DNA of 35,535 nucleotides from Puia sp. (lineage in GTDB: Bacteria; Bacteroidota; Bacteroidia; Chitinophagales; Chitinophagaceae): contig DASYSV010000353.1 of assembly GCA_036010185.1 (NCBI GenBank), forward strand, positions 1 through 35,535, read 5' to 3'. The position numbers and the translations under genes are program-made. The notes beneath the pieces were generated by a model. The model had not been told where the DNA came from and ran no database searches. It worked only from the letters and a program-made list of their open reading frames with translations. Below are positions 16,639-25,537 of this stretch, piece after piece; within the stretch, counting starts at the first letter, position 1, and every line of letters begins with the position of its first letter.

Positions 16639-17124
16639 ATGATAAAAAGATCAATTATCTTTCTGGCGCTTGCGATATCCTTCGGTTTTGGCTTCGCATT
16701 CCATTCAATATTGACCAACACAACCAAAAAACAAGCAAACATGAAAAGGGTAATCGGACTCGGCGGCATCTTCTTCAAATGCAATGACCCGAAGAAAGTC
16801 ACCGAATGGTATCAAACCCATCTCGGATTGCAATCGAGCCCATACGGAGTAAAGTTCGACTGGAGGCAGGACGGAGACTCGACAAAAAAGGGATTTACCC
16901 TTTGGACGCCCTTCCCCGATAAGACCAAATACTTCGAGCCCTCGTCAAGGGACTTTATGATCAACTATCGGGTTGAAAACCTGGAGACGCTGGTCGAAGA
17001 GCTTAAAAAGGAAGGCGTGACGGTGTTGGATAAGATTGAAACCTACGACTATGGTAAGTTCGTTCACATCCTTGACCCCGAAGGCAACAAGGTTGAACTA
17101 TGGGAGGCGATCGACAAACAGTAG
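16639..17124 (+). CDS. VOC/glyoxalase-family protein with N-terminal membrane anchor or signal
   Basis: RVIGLGGIFFK, MINYRV and DPEGNKVELWE. Alternative start at 16741. Confidence 0.88.
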   Translation: MIKRSIIFLALAISFGFGFAFHSILTNTTKKQANMKRVIGLGGIFFKCNDPKKVTEWYQTHLGLQSSPYGVKFDWRQDGDSTKKGFTLWTPFPDKTKYFEPSSRDFMINYRVENLETLVEELKKEGVTVLDKIETYDYGKFVHILDPEGNKVELWEAIDKQ

Positions 17125-17126
17125 CG

Positions 17127-17225
17127 CCCGCGCCGTCACCCTCCGGCCCGCATCATCACCACACCCCCCGCGCCGGTAACCCTCCGGCCCGCATCATCAC
17201 CGCACCCCCCGCGCCGATAAACCCT
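17127..17225. repeat. 41-bp tandem repeat (about 2.3 copies)
   Basis: accctccggcccgcatcatcacc(a/g)caccccccgcgccg starts at 17138 and 17179. It lies between convergent genes. Confidence 0.9.
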
Positions 17226-17242
17226 GCAGCCCATTTCCCTTT

Positions 17243-19624
17243 TTACTCCGTTCGCAAACTCCTTACCGGATTATTCCTCGCCGCTCTTAACGCGAGGAAG
17301 CTGACCGTCCCCAGCGCAATGACGAGCGCAGCTACGCCGGCCACCACGAACACCCACCAGCTGATACTCACCCTGTATGCATAATCCTGTATCCACCGAT
17401 GGAGCGCGAACCATGCCAGCGGCCAGGCGATCAGATTGGCGATCAGGACCAGCCCGATAAAATGCCGCGTTAGCAGGACCAGGACGTCTTTTACCGAGGC
17501 GCCGAGAACCTTACGTATGCCGATCTCTTTGGTCCGCCGCTCCGTAGAAAAAGAAGCCAGACCTAACAGTCCCATACACGAAATGAGGATCGCCAGACCG
17601 GCCATGATCGCCACCATTTGTGATATCTGTGTATCGGTCCTGTATAGCTGCCTGAAATGATCGTCGAGGAACTGGTAGCTGAACGGATACTCCGGAAGGA
17701 TCTTTTTCCAGGTGGACTCAATAAACGCGATGGCCTGCTCCGCCTTCCGGCCGTTGATCCTCACGGATACCGTATTGAAGGAGCTTGCACCCTGATCGAG
17801 CAGGAACATCGGTTCGATCTTATAGTGCAGCGAATTAAAATTGAAGTCTTTCGAAATACCGACGATCCGGCCCAGGGTATCACCGAAATGTTTACCGATC
17901 AGCCACGACAGCGGCGTTCCGGGCCGGTCATGTAGCAGGTCCCTGGCCATCGTTTCGTTGATGATGAATTCGTTCCCGTATCCGGAAGTATCCCCGGTGA
18001 AATTGCGACCCGCCTCCAGAGATATCTTGTAAACGGTAAGATAATCGGGATCCACGAAGATCCCCGGGGTGAACAGCACACGCATCGGGGCGTCGCCCGG
18101 CCAGAACCCGAATCCCAGCGTTGCCAACGGACCTCCCAAATGGTCCTGCGCGCCCGTGACCCCCGTTATCAACGGACTGACTGACAGCTCCTCTTTCAGT
18201 AAAGCATATTTACGGTCCGTAATTCCATGCAGTCTCATGGTAATTACCTGGTCGCGGTCGAACCCGGGGTCTTGCTTCTCCATGTACATCAGCTGCCGGA
18301 AAATAAGAATGGTAACTATCACCAGGAAGATAGCGCCGGCGAATTGCGTTACCACAAGTATATTCCGCAAAATGCCTTTGCTCCTGCCCGACTCGCTGCC
18401 GCCTTTCAACACCTTCACCGGGGAAAAGGAAGACAGGTATATTGCAGGGTACAAACCCGACAAGATACCAAGCAGGATGGTCCCGATGAACACTCCTGCC
18501 AGCAGCCCGGGATGCAGATAGAAAAGGGGGCTAAGCTGCCGGCCACTCAGGTCATCGATATAAGGCAACACCAGGCTTACGATCGCCAGCGCGAGTACCA
18601 GCGAGATCAGGGATAACACCACCGAGTCGATGAGAAACCGGACGGCCAGTTGCGGGCGCCTGGCGCCGATCGTTTTGCGGATGCCCACCTCTTTTGCCCG
18701 TCCGGCCGACTGGGCTGTAGCCAGATTCATGAAATTGATGCAGGCGATGAGCAGCACCAGCAGACCGATCCCCATGAAAATATCGGTATAGCGTCGGTCG
18801 AATTTCTGGAAATTGATATCGTCGTCACCGATATCGACGGCATTGGCATGAACGTCCCTCAATGGCAGGAGGAAGAGATCATGACGGATGTGCTGGTCCC
18901 CGATCTTATATTTTTTCAGGTAAGTAGGGAATTTCTTTTCCAGTGCAGCAATATCGGTATGAGGCGCGAGCTCCAGGTAGGTGCTTACCCCGTCATGCGA
19001 CCGCGTCCTCAGGACGGTGTTAAAAGACTGGAGCGCGTCGAATTGAAATTGGGAATTCGCGGGTACGTCTTTCAGTATGCCCGTCACCGTATAAAGAACC
19101 GTATCCGTATCGAAATGCGAAACGGTCTTACCAATAGGATCCACAGTGCCGAACAATGTTCTGGCCGCCGTTTGTGTCAGGACAATGCTATTGGGCTTTT
19201 GCAGGGCAGTCTGCCGGTCTCCTTCAACGAGCGGGAAGTCCAACAGCTGAAGAAACGAGGTATCCACGAAGTAGGTATATGGGAAGAATACCCTCTTCTC
19301 CCCATACGTCATCTCGTATTGGCTATTCAGATCCACACGGCTGTAGTTCAGGATCTCGGGAAATTCGTCTTTTAGCGTGGGGCCCGTCGAAATGCCCGTG
19401 ATCGCCGACTTCTCAGAGTTTCCCGTAGCCGTAAATTTCAGCACTTCATTCAGCCGGTACAGATTTTTGTGATGCATGCTATCGAAGCTCTTTTCGTAGA
19501 ATACGAATAGCAGGATCACGACGCACGCGGCCATGCCGGTGCCCAGCCCGATTATATTGATCGCAGAATACAACTTATTCCTGGTCAGGTTGCGCCAGGT
19601 AAGGAGCATATAATGTTTGAACAT
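17243..19624 (-). CDS. MacB/FtsX-type ABC transporter permease (duplicated architecture)
   Basis: WRNLTRNK..S.INI.GL, ACINFMNL, two EVGIRK/EIGIRKVLGA motifs and C-terminal NPVRSLRTE. Confidence 0.93.
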   Translation of the reverse strand: MFKHYMLLTWRNLTRNKLYSAINIIGLGTGMAACVVILLFVFYEKSFDSMHHKNLYRLNEVLKFTATGNSEKSAITGISTGPTLKDEFPEILNYSRVDLNSQYEMTYGEKRVFFPYTYFVDTSFLQLLDFPLVEGDRQTALQKPNSIVLTQTAARTLFGTVDPIGKTVSHFDTDTVLYTVTGILKDVPANSQFQFDALQSFNTVLRTRSHDGVSTYLELAPHTDIAALEKKFPTYLKKYKIGDQHIRHDLFLLPLRDVHANAVDIGDDDINFQKFDRRYTDIFMGIGLLVLLIACINFMNLATAQSAGRAKEVGIRKTIGARRPQLAVRFLIDSVVLSLISLVLALAIVSLVLPYIDDLSGRQLSPLFYLHPGLLAGVFIGTILLGILSGLYPAIYLSSFSPVKVLKGGSESGRSKGILRNILVVTQFAGAIFLVIVTILIFRQLMYMEKQDPGFDRDQVITMRLHGITDRKYALLKEELSVSPLITGVTGAQDHLGGPLATLGFGFWPGDAPMRVLFTPGIFVDPDYLTVYKISLEAGRNFTGDTSGYGNEFIINETMARDLLHDRPGTPLSWLIGKHFGDTLGRIVGISKDFNFNSLHYKIEPMFLLDQGASSFNTVSVRINGRKAEQAIAFIESTWKKILPEYPFSYQFLDDHFRQLYRTDTQISQMVAIMAGLAILISCMGLLGLASFSTERRTKEIGIRKVLGASVKDVLVLLTRHFIGLVLIANLIAWPLAWFALHRWIQDYAYRVSISWWVFVVAGVAALVIALGTVSFLALRAARNNPVRSLRTE

Positions 19625-19660
19625 ATTGGCAGATCGTTTTACTCATGTTACCTGTTTCCG

Positions 19661-19746
19661 GGTAAAGAAAATGCCAAAAGTCCAATCATCTTAAAATCAA
19701 ATCAATATGTATTTTAGGTGGCAACCGGACTGTTCGGATATGAACA
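19661..19746 (-). promoter_or_regulatory. sigma54-type promoter plus upstream enhancer-like palindrome
   Basis: Minus strand TGGCAT-TTTCT-TTAC at 19661-19676; palindrome TGTTC-N6-GAACA at 19731-19746. Confidence 0.55.
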
Positions 19747-19796
19747 CCGTGCGAACGTTAATGATCTGGCGCTCGCCCGGCGTTTGAACAGATCGC

Positions 19797-20255
19797 TCAG
19801 TGACCGTCGTGGTAAGTCCGTGGCCTTCCTTGGTCATCCACATAAGTGGTCTTATGCGCGCCACCCAGGTTGAGACTCACCTGGAACAGCGGCTGGCCGC
19901 CGGGGTGTTCGATCCGGGTGTACGAATAGTCTCTGCCATGGGGATACCGGTGTTCCGTCCTCCTCCTGACTTCCGACGGCACATCCCGATCATCATAAGG
20001 AATGTGAGAATCGATATGCCTGCCATGCCGATCATAATGTGCCGTCATTTCCCCACGGTCTTTGGGACTACGGTCCGTGAAGTCGGCGTGCCACTGGCCT
20101 CCCGACTCACTCCAACGGGTATCGCCCGCCTTTGGATAATCTCTTTGAAATGAGTTCCGTACGTTACTGGGAACCTGTTGTTGGTTCCGGTGTTCCTGCG
20201 CCGGCGCAATCTGGGCAATGGCCAGCGCCCCCAATACCAATATGATACTTTTCAT
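19797..20255 (-). CDS. secreted PepSY-like/BLIP-like repeat protein
   Basis: Signal peptide and two repeats (VPSNVRNSFQRDYP and VPSEVRRRTEHRYP), each followed by beta strands ending YDRHG or VDDQG. Confidence 0.7.
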   Translation of the reverse strand: MKSIILVLGALAIAQIAPAQEHRNQQQVPSNVRNSFQRDYPKAGDTRWSESGGQWHADFTDRSPKDRGEMTAHYDRHGRHIDSHIPYDDRDVPSEVRRRTEHRYPHGRDYSYTRIEHPGGQPLFQVSLNLGGAHKTTYVDDQGRPRTYHDGH

Positions 20256-20297
20256 GATGGTTCATTCTAAGGTTAACAATGTGATTCATGACCAGAC

Positions 20298-20313
20298 GGA
20301 AAATTTCATGCCA
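20298..20313 (-). promoter_or_regulatory. sigma54-type promoter
   Basis: Minus strand reads TGGCAT-GAAAT-TTTC; the -12 element is imperfect. Confidence 0.45.
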
Positions 20314-20364
20314 GCCCTGGCCCGGGGTTTTGCCCATGCTCATCGGAGACGATAGGAACCTGGG

Positions 20365-20742
20365 TCAGATGTTCCCTGAAGGGGGCATATTTGCCTCGGG
20401 GACATCCTCCAGGCTGTAATAGACCGGCAAGCCGCGTTCACGCGCGAGTTTAACATCATTATCGGCGCCTTTCGACGAGCCTTCGAGCCGGAAGACGGCG
20501 TCGCACTTCTCCAACAGCCGGTGAGCCGTGGGGTACTGGATCGTGTCCCAGGCGGCATCCCCCGGTCTGACGGAACCTGCCAGTTTTATCAATGGTAATG
20601 CTGCCCATTCGCCGATCATGGGCATATGTCCCTTTCTAAAGAGGGGTAATGCGACGGACTCCAGGTAGTCCAGATTCTTTCTCATCAGACCGGGGTCATC
20701 GCCGGTGCCGCTCCTGTAGGGCCCTGCAATCAATATCAACAT
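20365..20742 (-). CDS. DUF4406-like protein (nucleoside 2-deoxyribosyltransferase-like fold)
   Basis: ILIAGPY, LLEKCDAVFRLEGSSKGA and RGLPVY. Confidence 0.7.
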   Translation of the reverse strand: MLILIAGPYRSGTGDDPGLMRKNLDYLESVALPLFRKGHMPMIGEWAALPLIKLAGSVRPGDAAWDTIQYPTAHRLLEKCDAVFRLEGSSKGADNDVKLARERGLPVYYSLEDVPEANMPPSGNI

Positions 20743-20785
20743 ACGGTTGTTTTTTCCAAAGGACGGAAGTATTTATATAAAAGGA

Positions 20786-20801
20786 CTTAAGGTACTTTAA
20801 G
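20786..20801. promoter_or_regulatory. putative Crp/Fnr-type box overlapping the regulator's stop codon
   Basis: cTTAAggtactTTAAg (TTAA-N6-TTAA), with 7 of 8 palindromic pairs. Confidence 0.45.
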
Positions 20802-21372
20802 ATTTCATCCCTCTTACGGTGCTCAGGAATTCGGGCGTGATACCCAGATAGGAGGCCATCTGTTTTAATGTTACCACTTTCGCCACCTGTGGATATTTTC
20901 TCAGGAAACTGTCGTACTTCTCCTTTGCCGATAAAGACAGGTTCTCTATAACCCTTAATTGTTCCCTCGTATAGGCGTTCTGCATCAATATCCGGAAGAA
21001 TCGGTCGAACTTCGGAACTTTCTTATAGAGCTCATCATGATTCGTCTTGCTGATCTGGACAATACAGCTCTTTTCGATGGTCTCTATATACATCATCGCA
21101 GGCCGGTGGTTCAGATAACAATACATATCCGTTATCCACCAATCCGCCACGGCAAACAGGATCGTAGATTCCTTTCCGGTCTTGTCGACATAGTAAGCTC
21201 TGAGCGCTCCCGAAGAAACATAGCTGAGCTGGTTGCACACCTGCCCTTCCTTCAGAAGGAGTGTTTTTTTGGGTAACTCGGAGGATGTCGTCAGCGACAA
21301 AAAATATTCCGTTTCCCCCCGGTCGAGGGTAATGTGTTTGGCGATATTATCCAGGATGGGCTCATGTTCCAT
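20797..21372 (-). CDS. Crp/Fnr-family transcriptional regulator
   Basis: cNMP-like domain (LLKEGQVC..YVSSGALRAY) and HTH MASYLGITPEFLS. Confidence 0.9.
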   Translation of the reverse strand: MEHEPILDNIAKHITLDRGETEYFLSLTTSSELPKKTLLLKEGQVCNQLSYVSSGALRAYYVDKTGKESTILFAVADWWITDMYCYLNHRPAMMYIETIEKSCIVQISKTNHDELYKKVPKFDRFFRILMQNAYTREQLRVIENLSLSAKEKYDSFLRKYPQVAKVVTLKQMASYLGITPEFLSTVRGMKS

Positions 21373-21450
21373 TGGCGCTGTGATTTATCCTAAGATACTG
21401 AATCTAGCGGTGCCGGGGGGGCGCCTTGTCGCTCCTGCAGAGCGGACCCG

Positions 21451-22110
21451 CTATGCCGACAGCCATAACGCCGCATCGCCTTCATGATCCAGCTGGGTGA
21501 CATCCGGATCGAACGTTATCCCATGAAGCGTCAGCTCTGTTTTCTGCAACAGCTGAAAACCCCGCGTAGTCACCTGCCCGCCGTTGTAGGCGCGCCAATA
21601 GTGCTGGAAGGAGGTGTCATTGTATAGTTGATCCGGTGTAAGTCCCGTACCGTAGCCGACATAGAGGCCCGGCACATAACCCGCGGCATGCACTGCGTTA
21701 TACCACGCCTGGCAGTAGGAGACGACATCCTGCGCGGGAGAACCGTCAGCCACTTCTTCGAGGTCACACCAGACATTCATACCCTTTGGCAGCTTAACGG
21801 TCTGCGCGCACCAGGTGGCCGCGAAATTCCCATACATCGTCCCCAGATTGGTGGTCGGTTTCCAGCCGGGCAGGGAGACGTGCTGGACAGGCATCAGGGC
21901 AAGCCCGGCGGCGAGAATACTCAGGGCCTCGGCATTGGTGATGTTGCCGGGCGCGAGCGCGGCCGTCCTTGGCACATACCGGATGCAGAAATTATAGCCG
22001 GCATTTTTAAAATCCAAGGCCTGATCCGCCGTCAAAACGTGATTGACATCGAATCCCATGGCTCCGGCCGGAGCAGGCTTGACGCTGCCGGGTAAAGTTT
22101 GTGTGGGCAT
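21451..22110 (-). CDS. DUF1906 (Rv2525c/GH25-like) putative peptidoglycan glycoside hydrolase
   Basis: GFD, GYNFCIRY, WCDLEEV, GYVPGLYVG and terminal FDPD; no signal peptide. Confidence 0.7.
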   Translation of the reverse strand: MPTQTLPGSVKPAPAGAMGFDVNHVLTADQALDFKNAGYNFCIRYVPRTAALAPGNITNAEALSILAAGLALMPVQHVSLPGWKPTTNLGTMYGNFAATWCAQTVKLPKGMNVWCDLEEVADGSPAQDVVSYCQAWYNAVHAAGYVPGLYVGYGTGLTPDQLYNDTSFQHYWRAYNGGQVTTRGFQLLQKTELTLHGITFDPDVTQLDHEGDAALWLSA

Positions 22111-22201
22111 ACAAAGAGTTTAGGTTTGGGCCAATTTAAAGCAACGTCAAAGTATAAAAATGGGTGTTTTTCCCATATTTTTAGCCTATAATTTAGGCAT
22201 T

Positions 22202-22960
22202 ATGAAAAAATTGCTTGCACTTCTCGCGTGCGTCATGGCGGCAGGCCTGGCGCAAGCCCAGCCCTCTAGGTTCAGCCGTGAAAGGTATATCGAAAATGGC
22301 GATACACTGTCCTACCGGCTGTTGTTCCCGGATGCCAATCGGCAGAGGAAATATCCCCTCGTGATCTTTTTGCACGGCTCGGGCGAACGGGGCAGTGACA
22401 ACGACGCTCAACTGAAGTGGGGAGTAATGAATTTTGCCACCGACCGGAACATGATGGAGCATCCGGCGCTCGTCATCGCGCCGCAATGTCCCGAACACCA
22501 GACCTGGAGCAGCTTTACGCCCGATAAAAACAAGATGGGGATGACGCTGAATGCCGAGCCCGGCAAGCCGATGCAATTGCTCATCGGGCTCATCCGCCAA
22601 CTGGAGAAGACGATGCCGGTAGATACGAACCGGATATATATCACCGGGTTGTCGATGGGAGGATACGGTACCTTCGATGCGCTGGAACGATATCCTCATC
22701 TTTTTGCCGCGGCGGTGCCGGTGTGCGGGGCGGGCGACACTTCACGCGCCGCGTCCATCGCCCATATCCCGATGTGGATCTACCTTGGCGCGGAGGACCC
22801 CGCAGTCAACCCTTTATACGGGCTGGCTATGTTCGAAGCGTTGACTAACGCCGGCGCCCATCCGGGTTTCACCCAGTACCCCGAAGTAGGGCATTTTTCA
22901 TGGCTGGGCGCATACAGCGATCCGTTGATGATGGAGTGGTTGTTCAGACAGCATAAGTAA
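22202..22960 (+). CDS. secreted alpha/beta-hydrolase (esterase/phospholipase family)
   Basis: Signal peptide, FLHGSGERG, GLSMGG (GxSxG), Asp in GAEDP and His in GHFSW. Confidence 0.88.
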   Translation: MKKLLALLACVMAAGLAQAQPSRFSRERYIENGDTLSYRLLFPDANRQRKYPLVIFLHGSGERGSDNDAQLKWGVMNFATDRNMMEHPALVIAPQCPEHQTWSSFTPDKNKMGMTLNAEPGKPMQLLIGLIRQLEKTMPVDTNRIYITGLSMGGYGTFDALERYPHLFAAAVPVCGAGDTSRAASIAHIPMWIYLGAEDPAVNPLYGLAMFEALTNAGAHPGFTQYPEVGHFSWLGAYSDPLMMEWLFRQHK

Positions 22961-22966
22961 AGGCAC

Positions 22967-25402
22967 CTACTCCGCCCGGAGACTCTTCACCGGGTTGGCC
23001 ATGGCCGCTTTTACGACCTGCAAACTGATCGTTGCCATCGCGATCATCACCGCCACCAGCGCAGACAGCACAAAGACCCACCAATCGATATTGATCCTGT
23101 AAGCGAAGTCTTGCAGCCACTTATGCATAAAGAACCAGGCAATAGGTATGGCGATCAGCGCGGCGACGAGCACCAGCTTCAAAAATTCTTTTGAAAGCAT
23201 AAGGATGATACCGCCGATATTCGCGCCCAGTACTTTTCGGATGCCGATCTCTTTCACCCTTTGTTCCGCCGCGTAGATGGTAAGACCCAGCAGACCAAGC
23301 GTCGCTATGAATATGGCGAGCAGCGAGACGATGATAAAAATGGTCTGTCTTGTTCTGTCTTCCCGATACAGCGACTCCCACTGTTTATCCAGAAAATGAT
23401 ATTGGAAAAGACCGCCCTGATCCATCCGCTGCATGATCGCCTTCATGCTCTTTAGCGTGCCGCTGGGATCGCCGCCCACAAGTCTTACGGTAAAATGGCC
23501 ATAATTTTGAGTAACGTCCCGTTTAAAACCAAGCATCATCGGGGCAACCGGCTCGTGCAATGACTGAAAATTGAAATCTTTGACGATCCCTGCAATCGTC
23601 AGAGAAAGCGGTTTTTCGATCGCGGAACGGGTGTCACCGCCGGTCTTTGCGGATGAGATGGTGATCACCTGGTTCCTGGCATCCGTTATTCCAAGCTCCT
23701 TTGCGGCAGTTTCATTTATAAGCACCGACGAAGAATCTCCACTTCCTGTCGGGAAAAAGTTCCGGCCTTTTATTAGTGGTATATCATAGGTGGAAAGGAA
23801 TTGCCCATCCACACCGAAGAAATAAATATCCTTGCCGGTTGCGGAGTTCTCCCCGTTCATATTGACCTTTACAGAGGGGATCGTCTTCGATTCACCGGGA
23901 ACCATCGACGTTGCGGTAACGGAACTGACCCGGGCAAGCTTTGAAAATTCATTTTTTATGGTTCCCGCCCTACGGCCGAATATACCGCCGTCGTTATCGA
24001 TCACGACAAGTTTATCCTTATCGAAACCCAAGTCCTTCTTATTTACATATTGCATCTGCTGATAAATAATTATCGTGGCTGCAATAAGGACGATCGAGAT
24101 CATGAACTGGAAAACCACCAGTGAGCGCCGCAGCGAAATATTACCGCGCCCCAGTTGTATTTTGCTTTTCAGCAACGCGAGGGGGTTGAGGCCTGATTGA
24201 AATAGGGCGGGGTATAGACCCGACAATAAAGTAACGATCGCAAGGATCGATAAGACACCGGTCCATATCCGGTAATCGGTGTGCGCGTTGAGGGTCAGGT
24301 GTTTTTCCGTAAACGAATTGAAAAGAGGTAATAACAGATTGACCAGCACGAGCGACAGCAGGACGGAAAAAAGGGTCGCCATCAATGCTTCCGCAAGGAA
24401 TTGCTTTATGAGCGTCGCTCTCGACGCGCCCGAAACTTTCCGTATCGCGATCTCCTTTCCCCTGTTTGTAAATCGGGCGGTCGCGAGATTCATGTAATTG
24501 ATACAGGCAATAAAGATGATGAAGCAGGCGACGATGAGAAAAACGTAGATATAATAAATATTGCCCCTTTTACCGGAATTTCCTTCGATATCGTTGGAAT
24601 AAAAATGCACGTCCGTCAATGCCTGCAGTTGAACAAGGCTCTTAACGCCTGCCTCGGCGTTGTGATTGGCGGCAATAAGGTTGTCGAGCTTCTTATTTAA
24701 AGCCGGGATATCGGTATTGGGCTTCAATAGGAAATACGTCGCGAAAGCGCCGGACGTCCAGTCGTTGGCCAGCCAGTCTTTCGGTAGTGACACTTCGGAC
24801 ACCAGCAGATCGAATGAAATGCTGGAATTGGCGGGGAAGTTTTTAAGGACGCCCGTTACCCGGTATGGAACGGAATCGTTATCGAAAAATAAGGATCTTC
24901 CGACAACGTCCGACTTGCCAAAAAACTTTTTGGCCGTCGTTTCGGTCAGGACGATCGATCTGGGGTCCGTCAACGCGCTGCTCCGGTCGCCATAGATCAG
25001 GGGAAAGCTGAAGACATGTAGAAAACCGGGATTGCCGGCAATAAAATCTTCCTGGAAGACTCTTGATCTGTTGTCACCCGATGCGACGCTGGCACGCCAA
25101 TATACCGAGATACGGGCGGCGTCCTGTATCTCGGGAAAACTGGTAGTTGCCCTTGCAGAGACCTGGGAGCCTGTGCCGGCTCTTTTCGCGGTTTTACCAT
25201 CCGGCGACGTTCTGTTCTCGACCACCCGGTAGATATTCGCGGCGTCGTCGTGGCTCCGGTCGAAAGTAAACTCATCGAAAACATACAAAGCGATAAGTAT
25301 GAAACTCGTTAAGCCGATGGTCAATCCGACGATATTGATGAAGGAAGAAATTCTGTTCTTCCATAAATTTCTCCAGGCGGTGATAAAATGGTTCCTAATC
25401 AT
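22967..25402 (-). CDS. MacB/FtsX-type ABC transporter permease
   Basis: Same architecture as 17243..19624: AWRNLWKN, ACINYMNL, EIGIRKVLGA and NPVKSLRAE. Confidence 0.93.
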   Translation of the reverse strand: MIRNHFITAWRNLWKNRISSFINIVGLTIGLTSFILIALYVFDEFTFDRSHDDAANIYRVVENRTSPDGKTAKRAGTGSQVSARATTSFPEIQDAARISVYWRASVASGDNRSRVFQEDFIAGNPGFLHVFSFPLIYGDRSSALTDPRSIVLTETTAKKFFGKSDVVGRSLFFDNDSVPYRVTGVLKNFPANSSISFDLLVSEVSLPKDWLANDWTSGAFATYFLLKPNTDIPALNKKLDNLIAANHNAEAGVKSLVQLQALTDVHFYSNDIEGNSGKRGNIYYIYVFLIVACFIIFIACINYMNLATARFTNRGKEIAIRKVSGASRATLIKQFLAEALMATLFSVLLSLVLVNLLLPLFNSFTEKHLTLNAHTDYRIWTGVLSILAIVTLLSGLYPALFQSGLNPLALLKSKIQLGRGNISLRRSLVVFQFMISIVLIAATIIIYQQMQYVNKKDLGFDKDKLVVIDNDGGIFGRRAGTIKNEFSKLARVSSVTATSMVPGESKTIPSVKVNMNGENSATGKDIYFFGVDGQFLSTYDIPLIKGRNFFPTGSGDSSSVLINETAAKELGITDARNQVITISSAKTGGDTRSAIEKPLSLTIAGIVKDFNFQSLHEPVAPMMLGFKRDVTQNYGHFTVRLVGGDPSGTLKSMKAIMQRMDQGGLFQYHFLDKQWESLYREDRTRQTIFIIVSLLAIFIATLGLLGLTIYAAEQRVKEIGIRKVLGANIGGIILMLSKEFLKLVLVAALIAIPIAWFFMHKWLQDFAYRINIDWWVFVLSALVAVMIAMATISLQVVKAAMANPVKSLRAE

Positions 25403-25413
25403 GAGTTAGGCGT

Positions 25414-25521
25414 AACAAGGCCCGTACCAATTGGAGAACATCCTTGTAGCAAAGAAGGACAAAAAGTCCCCGGCGCCGCAAGCTGTATCGAAACCGGACA
25501 CTGCTGTATCGAAATCGGACA
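25414..25521 (-). promoter_or_regulatory. sigma54 promoter with tandem enhancer-binding-protein sites
   Basis: Minus strand TGGTAC-GGGCC-TTGTT at 25414-25429; TGTATCGAAA(C/T)CGGACA (TGT-N11-ACA) at 25484 and 25505, 21 bp apart. Confidence 0.7.
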
Positions 25522-25537
25522 TGCCCCGCTGGCCGGA

